From assembly GCF_009914755.1 (NCBI RefSeq), contig NC_060940.1: DNA of 64,000 nt; one strand, given 5' to 3'. The notes below the pieces were generated by a model. That model searched no databases. It had not been told where the DNA came from and saw only the letters and a program-made list of their open reading frames with translations. A program made the translations under genes and the position numbers. The first letter of the stretch is position 1, and every line of letters begins with the position of its first letter. Of this stretch, positions 24,601 to 39,200 are shown one piece after another. This DNA is from the human T2T-CHM13v2.0 reference genome, Homo sapiens.

Positions 24601-27600
24601 GTGTGCATTCAACTCACAGAGTTGAATGATTCTTTACACAGAGCAGATTTGAGACACTCTTTGGGTGGAATTTGTAAGTGGAGAATTCAGCCGCTTTGAG
24701 GTCAACGGTAGAAAAGGAAATATCTTCGTATAAAATCTAGACAGAATGATTCTCAGAAACTGTTTTTTGATGTGTGCGTTCAACTCACAGAGTTTAACCT
24801 TTCTTTTCAGAGAGCAGTTAGGAAACACTCTGTTTGTAAAGTCTGCAAGTGGATATTCAGACCTCTTTGAGGCCTTCGTTGGAAACGGGATTTCTTCATA
24901 TTATGCTAGACAGATGAATTCTCAGTAACTTCCTTGTGTTGTGTGTATTCAACTCACAGAGTTGAACGATCCTTTACACAGAGCAGATTTGAAACACTGT
25001 TTTTCTGGAATTTGCAAGTGGAGATTTCAGCCGCTTTGAGGTCAATGGTAGAAAAGGAAATATCTTCGTATAAAAACTAGACAGAATGATTCTCAGAAAC
25101 TCCTTTGTGATGTGTGCGTTCAACTCACAGAGTTTAACCTTTCTTTTCACAGAGCAGTTAGGAAACACTCTGTTTGTGAAGCCTGCCAGTGGATAATCGG
25201 ACCTCTTTGAGGCCTTCGTTGGAAACGGGATTTCTTCATATTATGCTAGACAGAAGATTTCTCAGTAACTTCTTTGTGTTGTGTGTATGCAACTTACAGA
25301 GTTCAACCTTCCTTTAGAGAGAGCATATTTGAAACACTCTTTTTGTGGAATTTGCAAGTGGAGATTTCAAGCGCTTCGATGCAAATGGTAGAAAAGGAAA
25401 TATCTTCGTATAAAAACAAGACAAACTCGTTCCCAGACACTGCGTAGTGATGTGTGTGTTTAACTCACAGAGTTTAACCTTTCTTTTCATACAGCATTCT
25501 GGAAACCCTGTGTTTGTAAAGTCTGCAAGTGGATATTTGGACCTTTTAGATGCCTTCGTTGGAAACGGGATTTCTTCATATAATGCTAGAGGGAAGAATT
25601 CTTAGTAACTTCTTTGTGTTGTGTGTATTCAACTGACAGAGTTGAACCTTCCTTTAGACAGAGCAGATTTGAAAGTCTCTTTTTGTGGAATTTGCAAGTG
25701 GAGATTTCAAGCGCTTTGAGGCCAAAAGCAGAAAAGGAAATATTTTCCTATAAAAACTCGACAGAATCTTTCTCAGAAACTGCTCTGGGATGTGTGCGTT
25801 CAACTCACAGAGTTTAACTTTTCTTTTCATTCAGCAGTTTGGAAACACTCTGTTTGGAAAGTCTGCACGTGGATATTTTGACCTCTTTGAGGCCTTCGTT
25901 GGAAACGGGTTTTTTTCATGTAAGGCTAGACAGAAGAAATCTCAGTAACTTCCTTGTGTTGTGTGTATTCAACTGACAGAGTTGAACCTTCCTTTAGACA
26001 GAGCAGATTCGAAACACTCTTTTTCTGCAATTTGCAAGTGGAGACTTCAAGCGCTTTGAGGCCAAAGGCAGAAAAGGAAATATCTTCGTATAAAAACCCG
26101 ACAGAATCATTCTCAGAAACTGCTCTGTGATGTGTGCGTTCAACTCACAGAGTTTAACTTTTCTTTTCATTCAGCAGTTTGGAAACACTCTGTTTGTAAA
26201 GTCTGCAAGTGGATATCTTGGCCTCTTAGAGGCCTTCGTTGGAAACGGGTTTTTTCATGTAAGGATAGACAGAGGAATTCCCAGTAACTTCCTTGTGTTG
26301 TGTGCATTCAACTCACAGAGTTGAACGACTCTTTACACAGAGCAGATTTGAGACACTCTTTTGGTGGAATTTGTAAGTGGAGAATTCAGCCGCTTTGAGG
26401 TCAACGGTAGAAAAGGAAATATCTTCGTATAAAAACTAGACAGAATGATTCTCAGAAACTGTTTTGTGATGTGTGCGTTCAACTCACAGAGTTTAACCTT
26501 TCTTTTCAAAGAGCAGTTAGGAAACACTCTGTTTGTAAAGTCTGCAAGTGGATATTCAGACCTCTTTGAGGCCTTCGTTGGAAACGGGATTTCTTCATAT
26601 TATGCTAGACAGATGAATTCTCAGTAACTTCCTTGTGTTGTGTGTATTCAACTCACAGAGTTGAACGATCCTTTACACAGAGCAGATTTGAAACACTGTT
26701 TTTCTGGAATTTGCAAGTGGAGATTTCAGCCGCTTTGAGGTCAATGGTAGAAAAGGAAATATCTTCGTATAAAAACTAGACAGAATGATTCTCAGAAACT
26801 CCTTTGTGATGTGTGCGTTCAACTCACAGAGTTTAACCTTTCTTTTCACAGAGCAGTTAGGAAACACTCTGTTTGTGAAGCCTGCCAGTGGATATTCGGA
26901 ACTCTTTGAGGCCTTCGTTGGAAACGGGATTTCTTCGTATTATGCTAGACAGAAGATTTCTCAGTAACTTCTTTGTGTTGTGTGTATGCAACTCACAGAG
27001 TTCAACCTTCCTTTAGACAGAGCAGATTTGAAACACTCTTTTTGTGGAATTTGCAAGTGGAGATTTCAAGCGCTTCGATGCCAATGGTAGAAAAGGAAAT
27101 ATCTTCGTATAAAAACAAGACAAACTCGTTCCCAGACACTGCGTAGTGATGTGTGTGTTTAACTCACTGAGTTTAACCTTTCTTTTCATACAGCATTCTG
27201 GAAACCCTCTGTTTGTAAAGTCTGCAAGTGGATATTTGGACCTCTTAGATGCCTTCGTTGGAAACGGGATTTCTTCGTATAATGCTAGAGGGAAGAATTC
27301 TTAGTAACTTCTTTGTGTTGTGTGTATTCAACTGACAGAGTTGAACCTTCCTTTAGACAGAGCAGATTTGAAAGTCTCTTTTTGTGGAATTTGCAAGTGG
27401 AGATTTCAAGCGCTTTGAGGCCAAAAGCAGAAAAGGAAATATTTTCCTATAAAACCTCGACAGAATCTTTCTCAGAAACTGCTCTGGGATGTGTGCGTTC
27501 AACTCACAGAGTTTAACTTTTCTTTCCATTCAGCAGTTTGGAAACACTCTGTTTGGAAAGTCTGCACGTGGATATTTTGACCTCTTTGAGGCCTTCGTTG

Positions 27601-30600
27601 GAAACGGGTTTTTTTCATGTAAGGCTAGACAGAAGAAATCTCAGTAACTTCCTTGTGTTGTGTGTATTCAACTGACAGAGTTGAACCTTCCTTTAGACAG
27701 AGCAGATTCGAAACACTCTTTTTCTGCAATTTGCAAGTGGAGACTTCAAGCGCTTTGAGGCCAAAGGCAGAAAAGGAAATATCTTCGTATAAAAACCCGA
27801 CAGAATCATTCTCAGAAACTGCTCTGTGATGTGTGCGTTCAACTCACAGAGTTTAACTTTTCTTTTCATTCAGCAGTTTGGAAACACTCTGTTTGTAAAG
27901 TCTGCAAGTGGATATCTTGGCCTCTTAGAGGCCTTCGTTGGAAACGGGTTTTTTCATTTAAGGTTAGACAGAGGAATTCCCAGTAACTTCCTTGTGTTGT
28001 GTGCATTCAACTCACAGAGTTGAATGATTCTTTACACAGAGCAGATTTGAGACACTCTTTGGGTGGAATTTGTAAGTGGAGAATTCAGCCGCTTTGAGGT
28101 CAACGGTAGAAAAGGAAATATCTTCGTATAAAATCTAGACAGAATGATTCTCAGAAACTGTTTTTTGATGTGTGCGTTCAACTCACAGAGTTTAACCTTT
28201 CTTTTCAAAGAGCAGTTAGGAAACACTCTGTTTGTAAAGTCTGCAAGTGGATATTCAGACCTCTTTGAGGCCTTCGTTGGAAACGGGATTTCTTCATATT
28301 ATGCTAGACAGATGAATTCTCAGTAACTTCCTTGTGTTGTGTGTATTCAACTCACAGAGTTGAACGATCCTTTACACAGAGCAGATTTGAAACACTGTTT
28401 TTCTGGAATTTGCAAGTGGAGATTTCAGCCGCTTTGAGGTCAATGGTAGAAAAGGAAATATCTTCGTATAAAAACTAGACAGAATGATTCTCAGAAACTC
28501 CTTTGTGATGTGTGCGTTCAACTCACAGAGTTTAACCTTTCTTTTCACAGAGCAGTTAGGAAACACTCTGTTTGTGAAGCCTGCCAGTGGATATTCGGAC
28601 CTCTTTGAGGCCTTCGTTGGAAACGGGATTTCTTCATATTATGCTAGACAGAAGATTTCTCAGTAACTTCTTTGTGTTGTGTGTATGCAACTAACAGAGT
28701 TCAACCTTCCTTTAGAGAGAGCATATTTGAAACACTCTTTTTGTGGAATTTGCAAGTGGAGATTTCAAGCGCTTCGATGCAAATGGTAGAAAAGGAAATA
28801 TCTTCGTAGAAAAACAAGACAAACTCGTTCCCAGACACTGCGTAGTGATGTGTGTGTTTAACTCACAGAGTTTAACCTTTCTTTTCATACAGCATTCTGG
28901 AAACCCTGTGTTTGTAAAGTCTGCAAGTGGATATTTGGACCTCTTAGATGCCTTCGTTGGAAACGGGATTTCTTCGTATAATGCTAGAGGGAAGAATTCT
29001 TAGTAACTTCTTTGTGTTGTGTGTATTCAACTGACAGAGTTGAACCTTCCTTTAGACAGAGCAGATTTGAAAGTCTCTTTTTGTGGAATTTGCAAGTGGA
29101 GATTTCAAGCGCTTTGAGGCCAAAAGCAGAAAAGGAAATATTTTCCTATAAAAACTCGACAGAATCATTCTCAGAAACTGCTCTGTGATGTGTGCGTTCA
29201 ACTCACAGAGTTTAACTTTTCTTTTCATTCAGCAGTTTGGAAACACTGTTTGGAAAGTCTGCACGTGGATATTTTGACCTCTTTGAGGCCTTCGTTGGAA
29301 ACGGGTTTTTTTCATGTAAGGCTAGACAGAAGAAATCTCAGTAACTTCCTTGTGTTGTGTGTATTCAACTGACAGAGTTGAACCTTCCTTTAGACAGAGC
29401 AGATTCGAAACACTCTTTTTCTGCAATTTGCAAGTGGAGACTTCAAGCGCTTTGAGGCCAAAGGCAGAAAAGGAAATATCTTCGTATAAAAACCCGACAG
29501 AATCATTCTCAGAAACTGCTCTGTGATGTGTGCGTTCAACTCACAGAGTTTAACTTTTCTTTTCATTCAGCAGTTTGGAAACACTCTGTTTGTAAAGTCT
29601 GCAAGTGGATATCTTGGCCTCTTAGAGGCCTTCGTTGGAAACGGGTTTTTTCATGTAAGGATAGACAGAGGAATTCCCAGTAACTTCCTTGTGTTGTGTG
29701 CATTCAACTCACAGAGTTGAATGATTCTTTACACAGAGCAGATTTGAGACACTCTTTGGGTGGAATTTGTAAGTGGAGAATTCAGCCGCTTTGAGGTCAA
29801 CGGTAGAAAAGGAAATATCTTCGTATAAAATCTAGACAGAATGATTCTCAGAAACTGTTTTTTGATGTGTGCGTTCAACTCACAGAGTTTAACCTTTCTT
29901 TTCAGAGAGCAGTTAGGAAACACTCTGTTTGTAAAGTCTGCAAGTGGATATTCAGACCTCTTTGAGGCCTTCGTTGGAAACGGGATTTCTTCATATTATG
30001 CTAGACAGATGAATTCTCAGTAACTTCCTTGTGTTGTGTGTATTCAACTCACAGAGTTGAACGATCCTTTACACAGAGCAGATTTGAAACACTGTTTTTC
30101 TGGAATTTGCAAGTGGAGATTTCAGCCGCTTTGAGGTCAATGGTAGAAAAGGAAATATCTTCGTATAAAAACTAGACAGAATGATTCTCAGAAACTCCTT
30201 TGTGATGTGTGCGTTCAACTCACAGAGTTTAACCTTTCTTTTCACAGAGCAGTTAGGAAACACTCTGTTTGTGAAGCCTGCCAGTGGATAATCGGACCTC
30301 TTTGAGGCCTTCGTTGGAAACGGGATTTCTTCATATTATGCTAGACAGAAGATTTCTCAGTAACTTCTTTGTGTTGTGTGTATGCAACTTACAGAGTTCA
30401 ACCTTCCTTTAGAGAGAGCATATTTGAAACACTCTTTTTGTGGAATTTGCAAGTGGAGATTTCAAGCGCTTCGATGCAAATGGTAGAAAAGGAAATATCT
30501 TCGTATAAAAACAAGACAAACTCGTTCCCAGACACTGCGTAGTGATGTGTGTGTTTAACTCACAGAGTTTAACCTTTCTTTTCATACAGCATTCTGGAAA

Positions 30601-31500
30601 CCCTGTGTTTGTAAAGTCTGCAAGTGGATATTTGGACCTTTTAGATGCCTTCGTTGGAAACGGGATTTCTTCATATAATGCTAGAGGGAAGAATTCTTAG
30701 TAACTTCTTTGTGTTGTGTGTATTCAACTGACAGAGTTGAACCTTCCTTTAGACAGAGCAGATTTGAAAGTCTCTTTTTGTGGAATTTGCAAGTGGAGAT
30801 TTCAAGCGCTTTGAGGCCAAAAGCAGAAAAGGAAATATTTTCCTATAAAAACTCGACAGAATCTTTCTCAGAAACTGCTCTGGGATGTGTGCGTTCAACT
30901 CACAGAGTTTAACTTTTCTTTTCATTCAGCAGTTTGGAAACACTCTGTTTGGAAAGTCTGCACGTGGATATTTTGACCTCTTTGAGGCCTTCGTTGGAAA
31001 CGGGTTTTTTTCATGTAAGGCTAGACAGAAGAAATCTCAGTAACTTCCTTGTGTTGTGTGTATTCAACTGACAGAGTTGAACCTTCCTTTAGACAGAGCA
31101 GATTCGAAACACTCTTTTTCTGCAATTTGCAAGTGGAGACTTCAAGCGCTTTGAGGCCAAAGGCAGAAAAGGAAATATCTTCGTATAAAAACCCGACAGA
31201 ATCATTCTCAGAAACTGCTCTGTGATGTGTGCGTTCAACTCACAGAGTTTAACTTTTCTTTTCATTCAGCAGTTTGGAAACACTCTGTTTGTAAAGTCTG
31301 CAAGTGGATATCTTGGCCTCTTAGAGGCCTTCGTTGGAAACGGGTTTTTTCATGTAAGGATAGACAGAGGAATTCCCAGTAACTTCCTTGTGTTGTGTGC
31401 ATTCAACTCACAGAGTTGAATGATTCTTTACACAGAGCAGATTTGAGACACTCTTTTGGTGGAATTTGTAAGTGGAGAATTCAGCCGCTTTGAGGTCAAC
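21700..31500 (+). repeat. Tandem duplication of a 3-HOR block (period 5,095 bp); ends approximate
   Basis: Rare variants are paired 5,095 bp apart: TCGGAACTC (~21806/26901), CATTTAAGG (~22863/27958), CAACTAACAG (~23598/28693), CGTAGAAAAAC (23714/28809) and GGATAATCGG (25196/30291). Confidence 0.88.
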
Positions 31501-34500
31501 GGTAGAAAAGGAAATATCTTCGTATAAAAACTAGACAGAATGATTCTCAGAAACTGTTTTGTGATGTGTGCGTTCAACTCACAGAGTTTAACCTTTCTTT
31601 TCAAAGAGCAGTTAGGAAACACTCTGTTTGTAAAGTCTGCAAGTGGATATTCAGACCTCTTTGAGGCCTTCGTTGGAAACGGGATTTCTTCATATTATGC
31701 TAGACAGATGAATTCTCAGTAACTTCCTTGTGTTGTGTGTATTCAACTCACAGAGTTGAACGATCCTTTACACAGAGCAGATTTGAAACACTGTTTTTCT
31801 GGAATTTGCAAGTGGAGATTTCAGCCGCTTTGAGGTCAATGGTAGAAAAGGAAATATCTTCGTATAAAAACTAGACAGAATGATTCTCAGAAACTCCTTT
31901 GTGATGTGTGCGTTCAACTCACAGAGTTTAACCTTTCTTTTCACAGAGCAGTTAGGAAACACTCTGTTTGTGAAGCCTGCCAGTGGATATTCGGACCTCT
32001 TTGAGGCCTTCGTTGGAAACGGGATTTCTTCATATTATGATAGACAGAAGATTTCTCAGTAACTTCTTTGTGTTGTGTGTATGCAACTCACAGAGTTCAA
32101 CCTTCCTTTAGACAGAGCAGATTTGAAACACTCTTTTTGTGGAATTTGCAAGTGGAGATTTCAAGCGCTTCGATGCCAATGGTAGAAAAGGAAATATCTT
32201 CGTATAAAAACAAGACAAACTCGTTCCCAGACACTGCGTAGTGATGTGTGTGTTTAACTCACTGAGTTTAACCTTTCTTTTCATACAGCATTCTGGAAAC
32301 CCTCTGTTTGTAAAGTCTGCAAGTGGATATTTGGACCTCTTAGATGCCTTCGTTGGAAACGGGATTTCTTCGTATAATGCTAGAGGGAAGAATTCTTAGT
32401 AACTTCTTTGTGTTGTGTGTATTCAACTGACAGAGTTGAACCTTCCTTTAGACAGAGCAGATTTGAAAGTCTCTTTTTGTGGAATTTGCAAGTGGAGATT
32501 TCAAGCGCTTTGAGGCCAAAAGCAGAAAAGGAAATATTTTCCTATAAAAACTCGACAGAATCTTTCTCAGAAACTGCTCTGGGATGTGTGCGTTCAACTC
32601 ACAGAGTTTAACTTTTCTTTTCATTCAGCAGTTTGGAAACACTCTGTTTGGAAAGTCTGCACGTGGATATTTTGACCTCTTTGAGGCCTTCGTTGGAAAC
32701 GGGTTTTTTTCATGTAAGGCTAGACAGAAGAAATCTCAGTAACTTCCTTGTGTTGTGTGTATTCAACTGACAGAGTTGAACCTTCCTTTAGACAGAGCAG
32801 ATTCGAAACACTCTTTTTCTGCAATTTGCAAGTGGAGACTTCAAGCGCTTTGAGGCCAAAGGCAGAAAAGGAAATATCTTCGTATAAAAACCCGACAGAA
32901 TCATTCTCAGAAACTGCTCTGTGATGTGTGCGTTCAACTCACAGAGTTTAACTTTTCTTTTCATTCAGCAGTTTGGAAACACTCTGTTTGTAAAGTCTGC
33001 AAGTGGATATCTTGGCCTCTTAGAGGCCTTCGTTGGAAACGGGTTTTTTCATGTAAGGATAGACACAGGAATTCCCAGTAACTTCCTTGTGTTGTGTGCA
33101 TTCAACTCACAGAGTTGAATGATTCTTTACACAGAGCAGATTTGAGACACTCTTTGGGTGGAATTTGTAAGTGGAGAATTCAGCCGCTTTGAGGTCAACG
33201 GTAGAAAAGGAAATATCTTCGTATAAAATCTAGACAGAATGATTCTCAGAAACTGTTTTTTGATGTGTGCGTTCAACTCACAGAGTTTAACCTTTCTTTT
33301 CAGAGAGCAGTTAGGAAACACTCTGTTTGTAAAGTCTGCAAGTGGATATTCAGACCTCTTTGAGGCCTTCGTTGGAAACGGGATTTCTTCATATTATGCT
33401 AGACAGATGAATTCTCAGTAACTTCCTTGTGTTGTGTGTATTCAACTCACAGAGTTGAACGATCCTTTACACAGAGCAGATTTGAAACACTGTTTTTCTG
33501 GAATTTGCAAGTGGAGATTTCAGCCGCTTTGAGGTCAATGGTAGAAAAGGAAATATCTTCGTATAAAAACTAGACAGAATGATTCTCAGAAACTCCTTTG
33601 TGATGTGTGCGTTCAACTCACAGAGTTTAACCTTTCTTTTCACAGAGCAGTTAGGAAACACTCTGTTTGTGAAGCCTGCCAGTGGATAATCGGACCTCTT
33701 TGAGGCCTTCGTTGGAAACGGGATTTCTTCATATTATGCTAGACAGAAGATTTCTCAGTAACTTCTTTGTGTTGTGTGTATGCAACTTACAGAGTTCAAC
33801 CTTCCTTTAGAGAGAGCATATTTGAAACACTCTTTTTGTGGAATTTGCAAGTGGAGATTTCAAGCGCTTCGATGCAAATGGTAGAAAAGGAAATATCTTC
33901 GTATAAAAACAAGACAAACTCGTTCCCAGACACTGCGTAGTGATGTGTGTGTTTAACTCACAGAGTTTAACCTTTCTTTTCATACAGCATTCTGGAAACC
34001 CTGTGTTTGTAAAGTCTGCAAGTGGATATTTGGACCTTTTAGATGCCTTCGTTGGAAACGGGATTTCTTCATATAATGCTAGAGGGAAGAATTCTTAGTA
34101 ACTTCTTTGTGTTGTGTGTATTCAACTGACAGAGTTGAACCTTCCTTTAGACAGAGCAGATTTGAAAGTCTCTTTTTGTGGAATTTGCAAGTGGAGATTT
34201 CAAGCGCTTTGAGGCCAAAAGCAGAAAAGGAAATATTTTCCTATAAAAACTCGACAGAATCTTTCTCAGAAACTGCTCTGGGATGTGTGCGTTCAACTCA
34301 CAGAGTTTAACTTTTCTTTTCATTCAGCAGTTTGGAAACACTCTGTTTGGAAAGTCTGCACGTGGATATTTTGACCTCTTTGAGGCCTTCGTTGGAAACG
34401 GGTTTTTTTCATGTAAGGCTAGACAGAAGAAATCTCAGTAACTTCCTTGTGTTGTGTGTATTCAACTGACAGAGTTGAACCTTCCTTTAGACAGAGCAGA

Positions 34501-36299
34501 TTCGAAACACTCTTTTTCTGCAATTTGCAAGTGGAGACTTCAAGCGCTTTGAGGCCAAAGGCAGAAAAGGAAATATCTTCGTATAAAAACCCGACAGAAT
34601 CATTCTCAGAAACTGCTCTGTGATGTGTGCGTTCAACTCACAGAGTTTAACTTTTCTTTTCATTCAGCAGTTTGGAAACACTCTGTTTGTAAAGTCTGCA
34701 AGTGGATATCTTGGCCTCTTAGAGGCCTTCGTTGGAAACGGGTTTTTTCATGTAAGGATAGACAGAGGAATTCCCAGTAACTTCCTTGTGTTGTGTGCAT
34801 TCAACTCACAGAGTTGAATGATTCTTTACACAGAGCAGATTTGAGACACTCTTTTGGTGGAATTTGTAAGTGGAGAATTCAGCCGCTTTGAGGTCAACGG
34901 TAGAAAAGGAAATATCTTCGTATAAAAACTAGACAGAATGATTCTCAGAAACTGTTTTGTGATGTGTGCGTTCAACTCACAGAGTTTAACCTTTCTTTTC
35001 AGAGAGCAGTTAGGAAACACTCTGTTTGTAAAGTCTGCAAGTGGATATTCAGACCTCTTTGAGGCCTTCGTTGGAAACGGGATTTCTTCATATTATGCTA
35101 GACAGATGAATTCTCAGTAACTTCCTTGTGTTGTGTGTATTCAACTCACAGAGTTGAACGATCCTTTACACAGAGCAGATTTGAAACACTGTTTTTCTGG
35201 AATTTGCAAGTGGAGATTTCAGCCGCTTTGAGGTCAATGGTAGAAAAGGAAATATCTTCGTATAAAAACTAGACAGAATGATTCTCAGAAACTCCTTTGT
35301 GATGTGTGCGTTCAACTCACAGGGTTTAACCTTTCTTTTCACAGAGCAGTTAGGAAACACTCTGTTTGTGAAGCCTGCCAGTGGATATTCGGACCTCTTT
35401 GAGGCCTTCGTTGGAAACGGGATTTCTTCATATTATGATAGACAGAAGATTTCTCAGTAACTTCTTTGTGTTGTGTGTATGCAACTCACAGAGTTCAACC
35501 TTCCTTTAGACAGAGCAGATTTGAAACACTCTTTTTGTGGAATTTGCAAGTGGAGATTTCAAGCGCTTCGATGCCAATGGTAGAAAAGGAAATATCTTCG
35601 TATAAAAACAAGACAAACTCGTTCCCAGACACTGCGTAGTGATGTGTGTGTTTAACTCACTGAGTTTAACCTTTCTTTTCATACAGCATTCTGGAAACCC
35701 TCTGTTTGTAAAGTCTGCAAGTGGATATTTGGACCTCTTAGATGCCTTCGTTGGAAACGGGATTTCTTCGTATAATGCTAGAGGGAAGAATTCTTAGTAA
35801 CTTCTTTGTGTTGTGTGTATTCAACTGACAGAGTTGAACCTTCCTTTAGACAGAGCAGATTTGAAAGTCTCTTTTTGTGGAATTTGCAAGTGGAGATTTC
35901 AAGCGCTTTGAGGCCAAAAGCAGAAAAGGAAATATTTTCCTATAAAAACTCGACAGAATCTTTCTCAGAAACTGCTCTGGGATGTGTGCGTTCAACTCAC
36001 AGAGTTTAACTTTTCTTTTCATTCAGCAGTTTGGAAACACTCTGTTTGGAAAGTCTGCACGTGGATATTTTGACCTCTTTGAGGCCTTCGTTGGAAACGG
36101 GTTTTTTTCATGTAAGGCTAGACAGAAGAAATCTCAGTAACTTCCTTGTGTTGTGTGTATTCAACTGACAGAGTTGAACCTTCCTTTAGACAGAGCAGAT
36201 TCGAAACACTCTTTTTCTGCAATTTGCAAGTGGAGACTTCAAGCGCTTTGAGGCCAAAGGCAGAAAAGGAAATATCTTCGTATAAAAACCCGACAGAAT

Positions 36300-39200
36300 C
36301 ATTCTCAGAAACTGCTCTGTGATGTGTGCGTTCAACTCACAGAGTTTAACTTTTCTTTTCATTCAGCAGTTTGGAAACACTCTGTTTGTAAAGTCTGCAA
36401 GTGGATATCTTGGCCTCTTAGAGGCCTTCGTTGGAAACGGGTTTTTTCATGTAAGGATAGACACAGGAATTCCCAGTAACTTCCTTGTGTTGTGTGCATT
36501 CAACTCACAGAGTTGAATGATTCTTTACACAGAGCAGATTTGAGACACTCTTTGGGTGGAATTTGTAAGTGGAGAATTCAGCCGCTTTGAGGTCAACGGT
36601 AGAAAAGGAAATATCTTCGTATAAAATCTAGACAGAATGATTCTCAGAAACTGTTTTTTGATGTGTGCGTTCAACTCACAGAGTTTAACCTTTCTTTTCA
36701 GAGAGCAGTTAGGAAACACTCTGTTTGTAAAGTCTGCAAGTGGATATTCAGACCTCTTTGAGGCCTTCGTTGGAAACGGGATTTCTTCATATTATGCTAG
36801 ACAGATGAATTCTCAGTAACTTCCTTGTGTTGTGTGTATTCAACTCACAGAGTTGAACGATCCTTTACACAGAGCAGATTTGAAACACTGTTTTTCTGGA
36901 ATTTGCAAGTGGAGATTTCAGCCGCTTTGAGGTCAATGGTAGAAAAGGAAATATCTTCGTATAAAAACTAGACAGAATGATTCTCAGAAACTCCTTTGTG
37001 ATGTGTGCGTTCAACTCACAGAGTTTAACCTTTCTTTTCACAGAGCAGTTAGGAAACACTCTGTTTGTGAAGCCTGCCAGTGGATAATCGGACCTCTTTG
37101 AGGCATTCGTTGGAAACGGGATTTCTTCATATTATGCTAGACAGAAGATTTCTCAGTAACTTCTTTGTGTTGTGTGTATGCAACTTACAGAGTTCAACCT
37201 TCCTTTAGAGAGAGCATATTTGAAACACTCTTTTTGTGGAATTTGCAAGTGGAGATTTCAAGCGCTTCGATGCAAATGGTAGAAAAGGAAATATCTTCGT
37301 ATAAAAACAAGACAAACTCGTTCCCAGACACTGCGTAGTGATGTGTGTGTTTAACTCACAGAGTTTAACCTTTCTTTTCATACAGCATTCTGGAAACCCT
37401 GTGTTTGTAAAGTCTGCAAGTGGATATTTGGACCTTTTAGATGCCTTCGTTGGAAACGGGATTTCTTCATATAATGCTAGAGGGAAGAATTCTTAGTAAC
37501 TTCTTTGTGTTGTGTGTATTCAACTGACAGAGTTGAACCTTCCTTTAGACAGAGCAGATTTGAAAGTCTCTTTTTGTGGAATTTGCAAGTGGAGATTTCA
37601 AGCGCTTTGAGGCCAAAAGCAGAAAAGGAAATATTTTCCTATAAAAACTCGACAGAATCATTCTCAGAAACTGCTCTGTGATGTGTGCGTTCAACTCACA
37701 GAGTTTAACTTTTCTTTTCATTCAGCAGTTTGGAAACACTGTTTGGAAAGTCTGCACGTGGATATTTTGACCTCTTTGAGGCCTTCGTTGGAAACGGGTT
37801 TTTTTCATGTAAGGCTAGACAGAAGAAATCTCAGTAACTTCCTTGTGTTGTGTGTATTCAACTGACAGAGTTGAACCTTCCTTTAGACAGAGCAGATTCG
37901 AAACACTCTTTTTCTGCAATTTGCAAGTGGAGACTTCAAGCGCTTTGAGACCAAAGGCAGAAAAGGAAATATCTTCGTATAAAAACCCGACAGAATCATT
38001 CTCAGAAACTGCTCTGTGATGTGTGCGTTCAACTCACAGAGTTTAACTTTTCTTTTCATTCAGCAGTTTGGAAACACTCTGTTTGTAAAGTCTGCAAGTG
38101 GATATCTTGGCCTCTTAGAGGCCTTCGTTGGAAACGGGTTTTTTCATGTAAGGATAGACAGAGGAATTCCCAGTAACTTCCTTGTGTTGTGTGCATTCAA
38201 CTCACAGAGTTGAATGATTCTTTACACAGAGCAGATTTGAGACACTCTTTTGGTGGAATTTGTAAGTGGAGAATTCAGCCGCTTTGAGGTCAACGGTAGA
38301 AAAGGAAATATCTTCGTATAAAAACTAGACAGAATGATTCTCAGAAACTGTTTTGTGATGTGTGCGTTCAACTCACAGAGTTTAACCTTTCTTTTCAGAG
38401 AGCAGTTAGGAAACACTCTGTTTGTAAAGTCTGCAAGTGGATATTCAGACCTCTTTGAGGCCTTCGTTGGAAACGGGATTTCTTCATATTATGCTAGACA
38501 GATGAATTCTCAGTAACTTCCTTGTGTTGTGTGTATTCAACTCACAGAGTTGAACGATCCTTTACACAGAGCAGATTTGAAACACTGTTTTTCTGGAATT
38601 TGCAAGTGGAGATTTCAGCCGCTTTGAGGTCAATGGTAGAAAAGGAAATATCTTCGTATAAAAACTAGACAGAATGATTCTCAGAAACTCCTTTGTGATG
38701 TGTGCGTTCAACTCACAGAGTTTAACCTTTCTTTTCACAGAGCAGTTAGGAAACACTCTGTTTGTGAAGCCTGCCAGTGGATATTCGGACCTCTTTGAGG
38801 CCTTCGTTGGAAACGGGATTTCTTCATATTATGATAGACAGAAGATTTCTCAGTAACTTCTTTGTGTTGTGTGTATGCAACTCACAGAGTTCAACCTTCC
38901 TTTAGACAGAGCAGATTTGAAACACTCTTTTTGTGGAATTTGCAAGTGGAGATTTCAAGCGCTTCGATGCCAATGGTAGAAAAGGAAATATCTTCGTATA
39001 AAAACAAGACAAACTCGTTCCCAGACACTGCGTAGTGATGTGTGTGTTTAACTCACTGAGTTTAACCTTTCTTTTCATACAGCATTCTGGAAACCCTCTG
39101 TTTGTAAAGTCTGCAAGTGGATATTTGGACCTCTTAGATGCCTTCGTTGGAAACGGGATTTCTTCGTATAATGCTAGAGGGAAGAATTCTTAGTAACTTC

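Noticed and set aside
26321-26332. Private double change TTGAACGACTCT (usual TTGAATGATTCT)
   Set aside because: It is a single occurrence that only partly matches the neighbouring dimer (TTGAACGATCCT). Micro-conversion cannot be separated from mutation or sequencing error.
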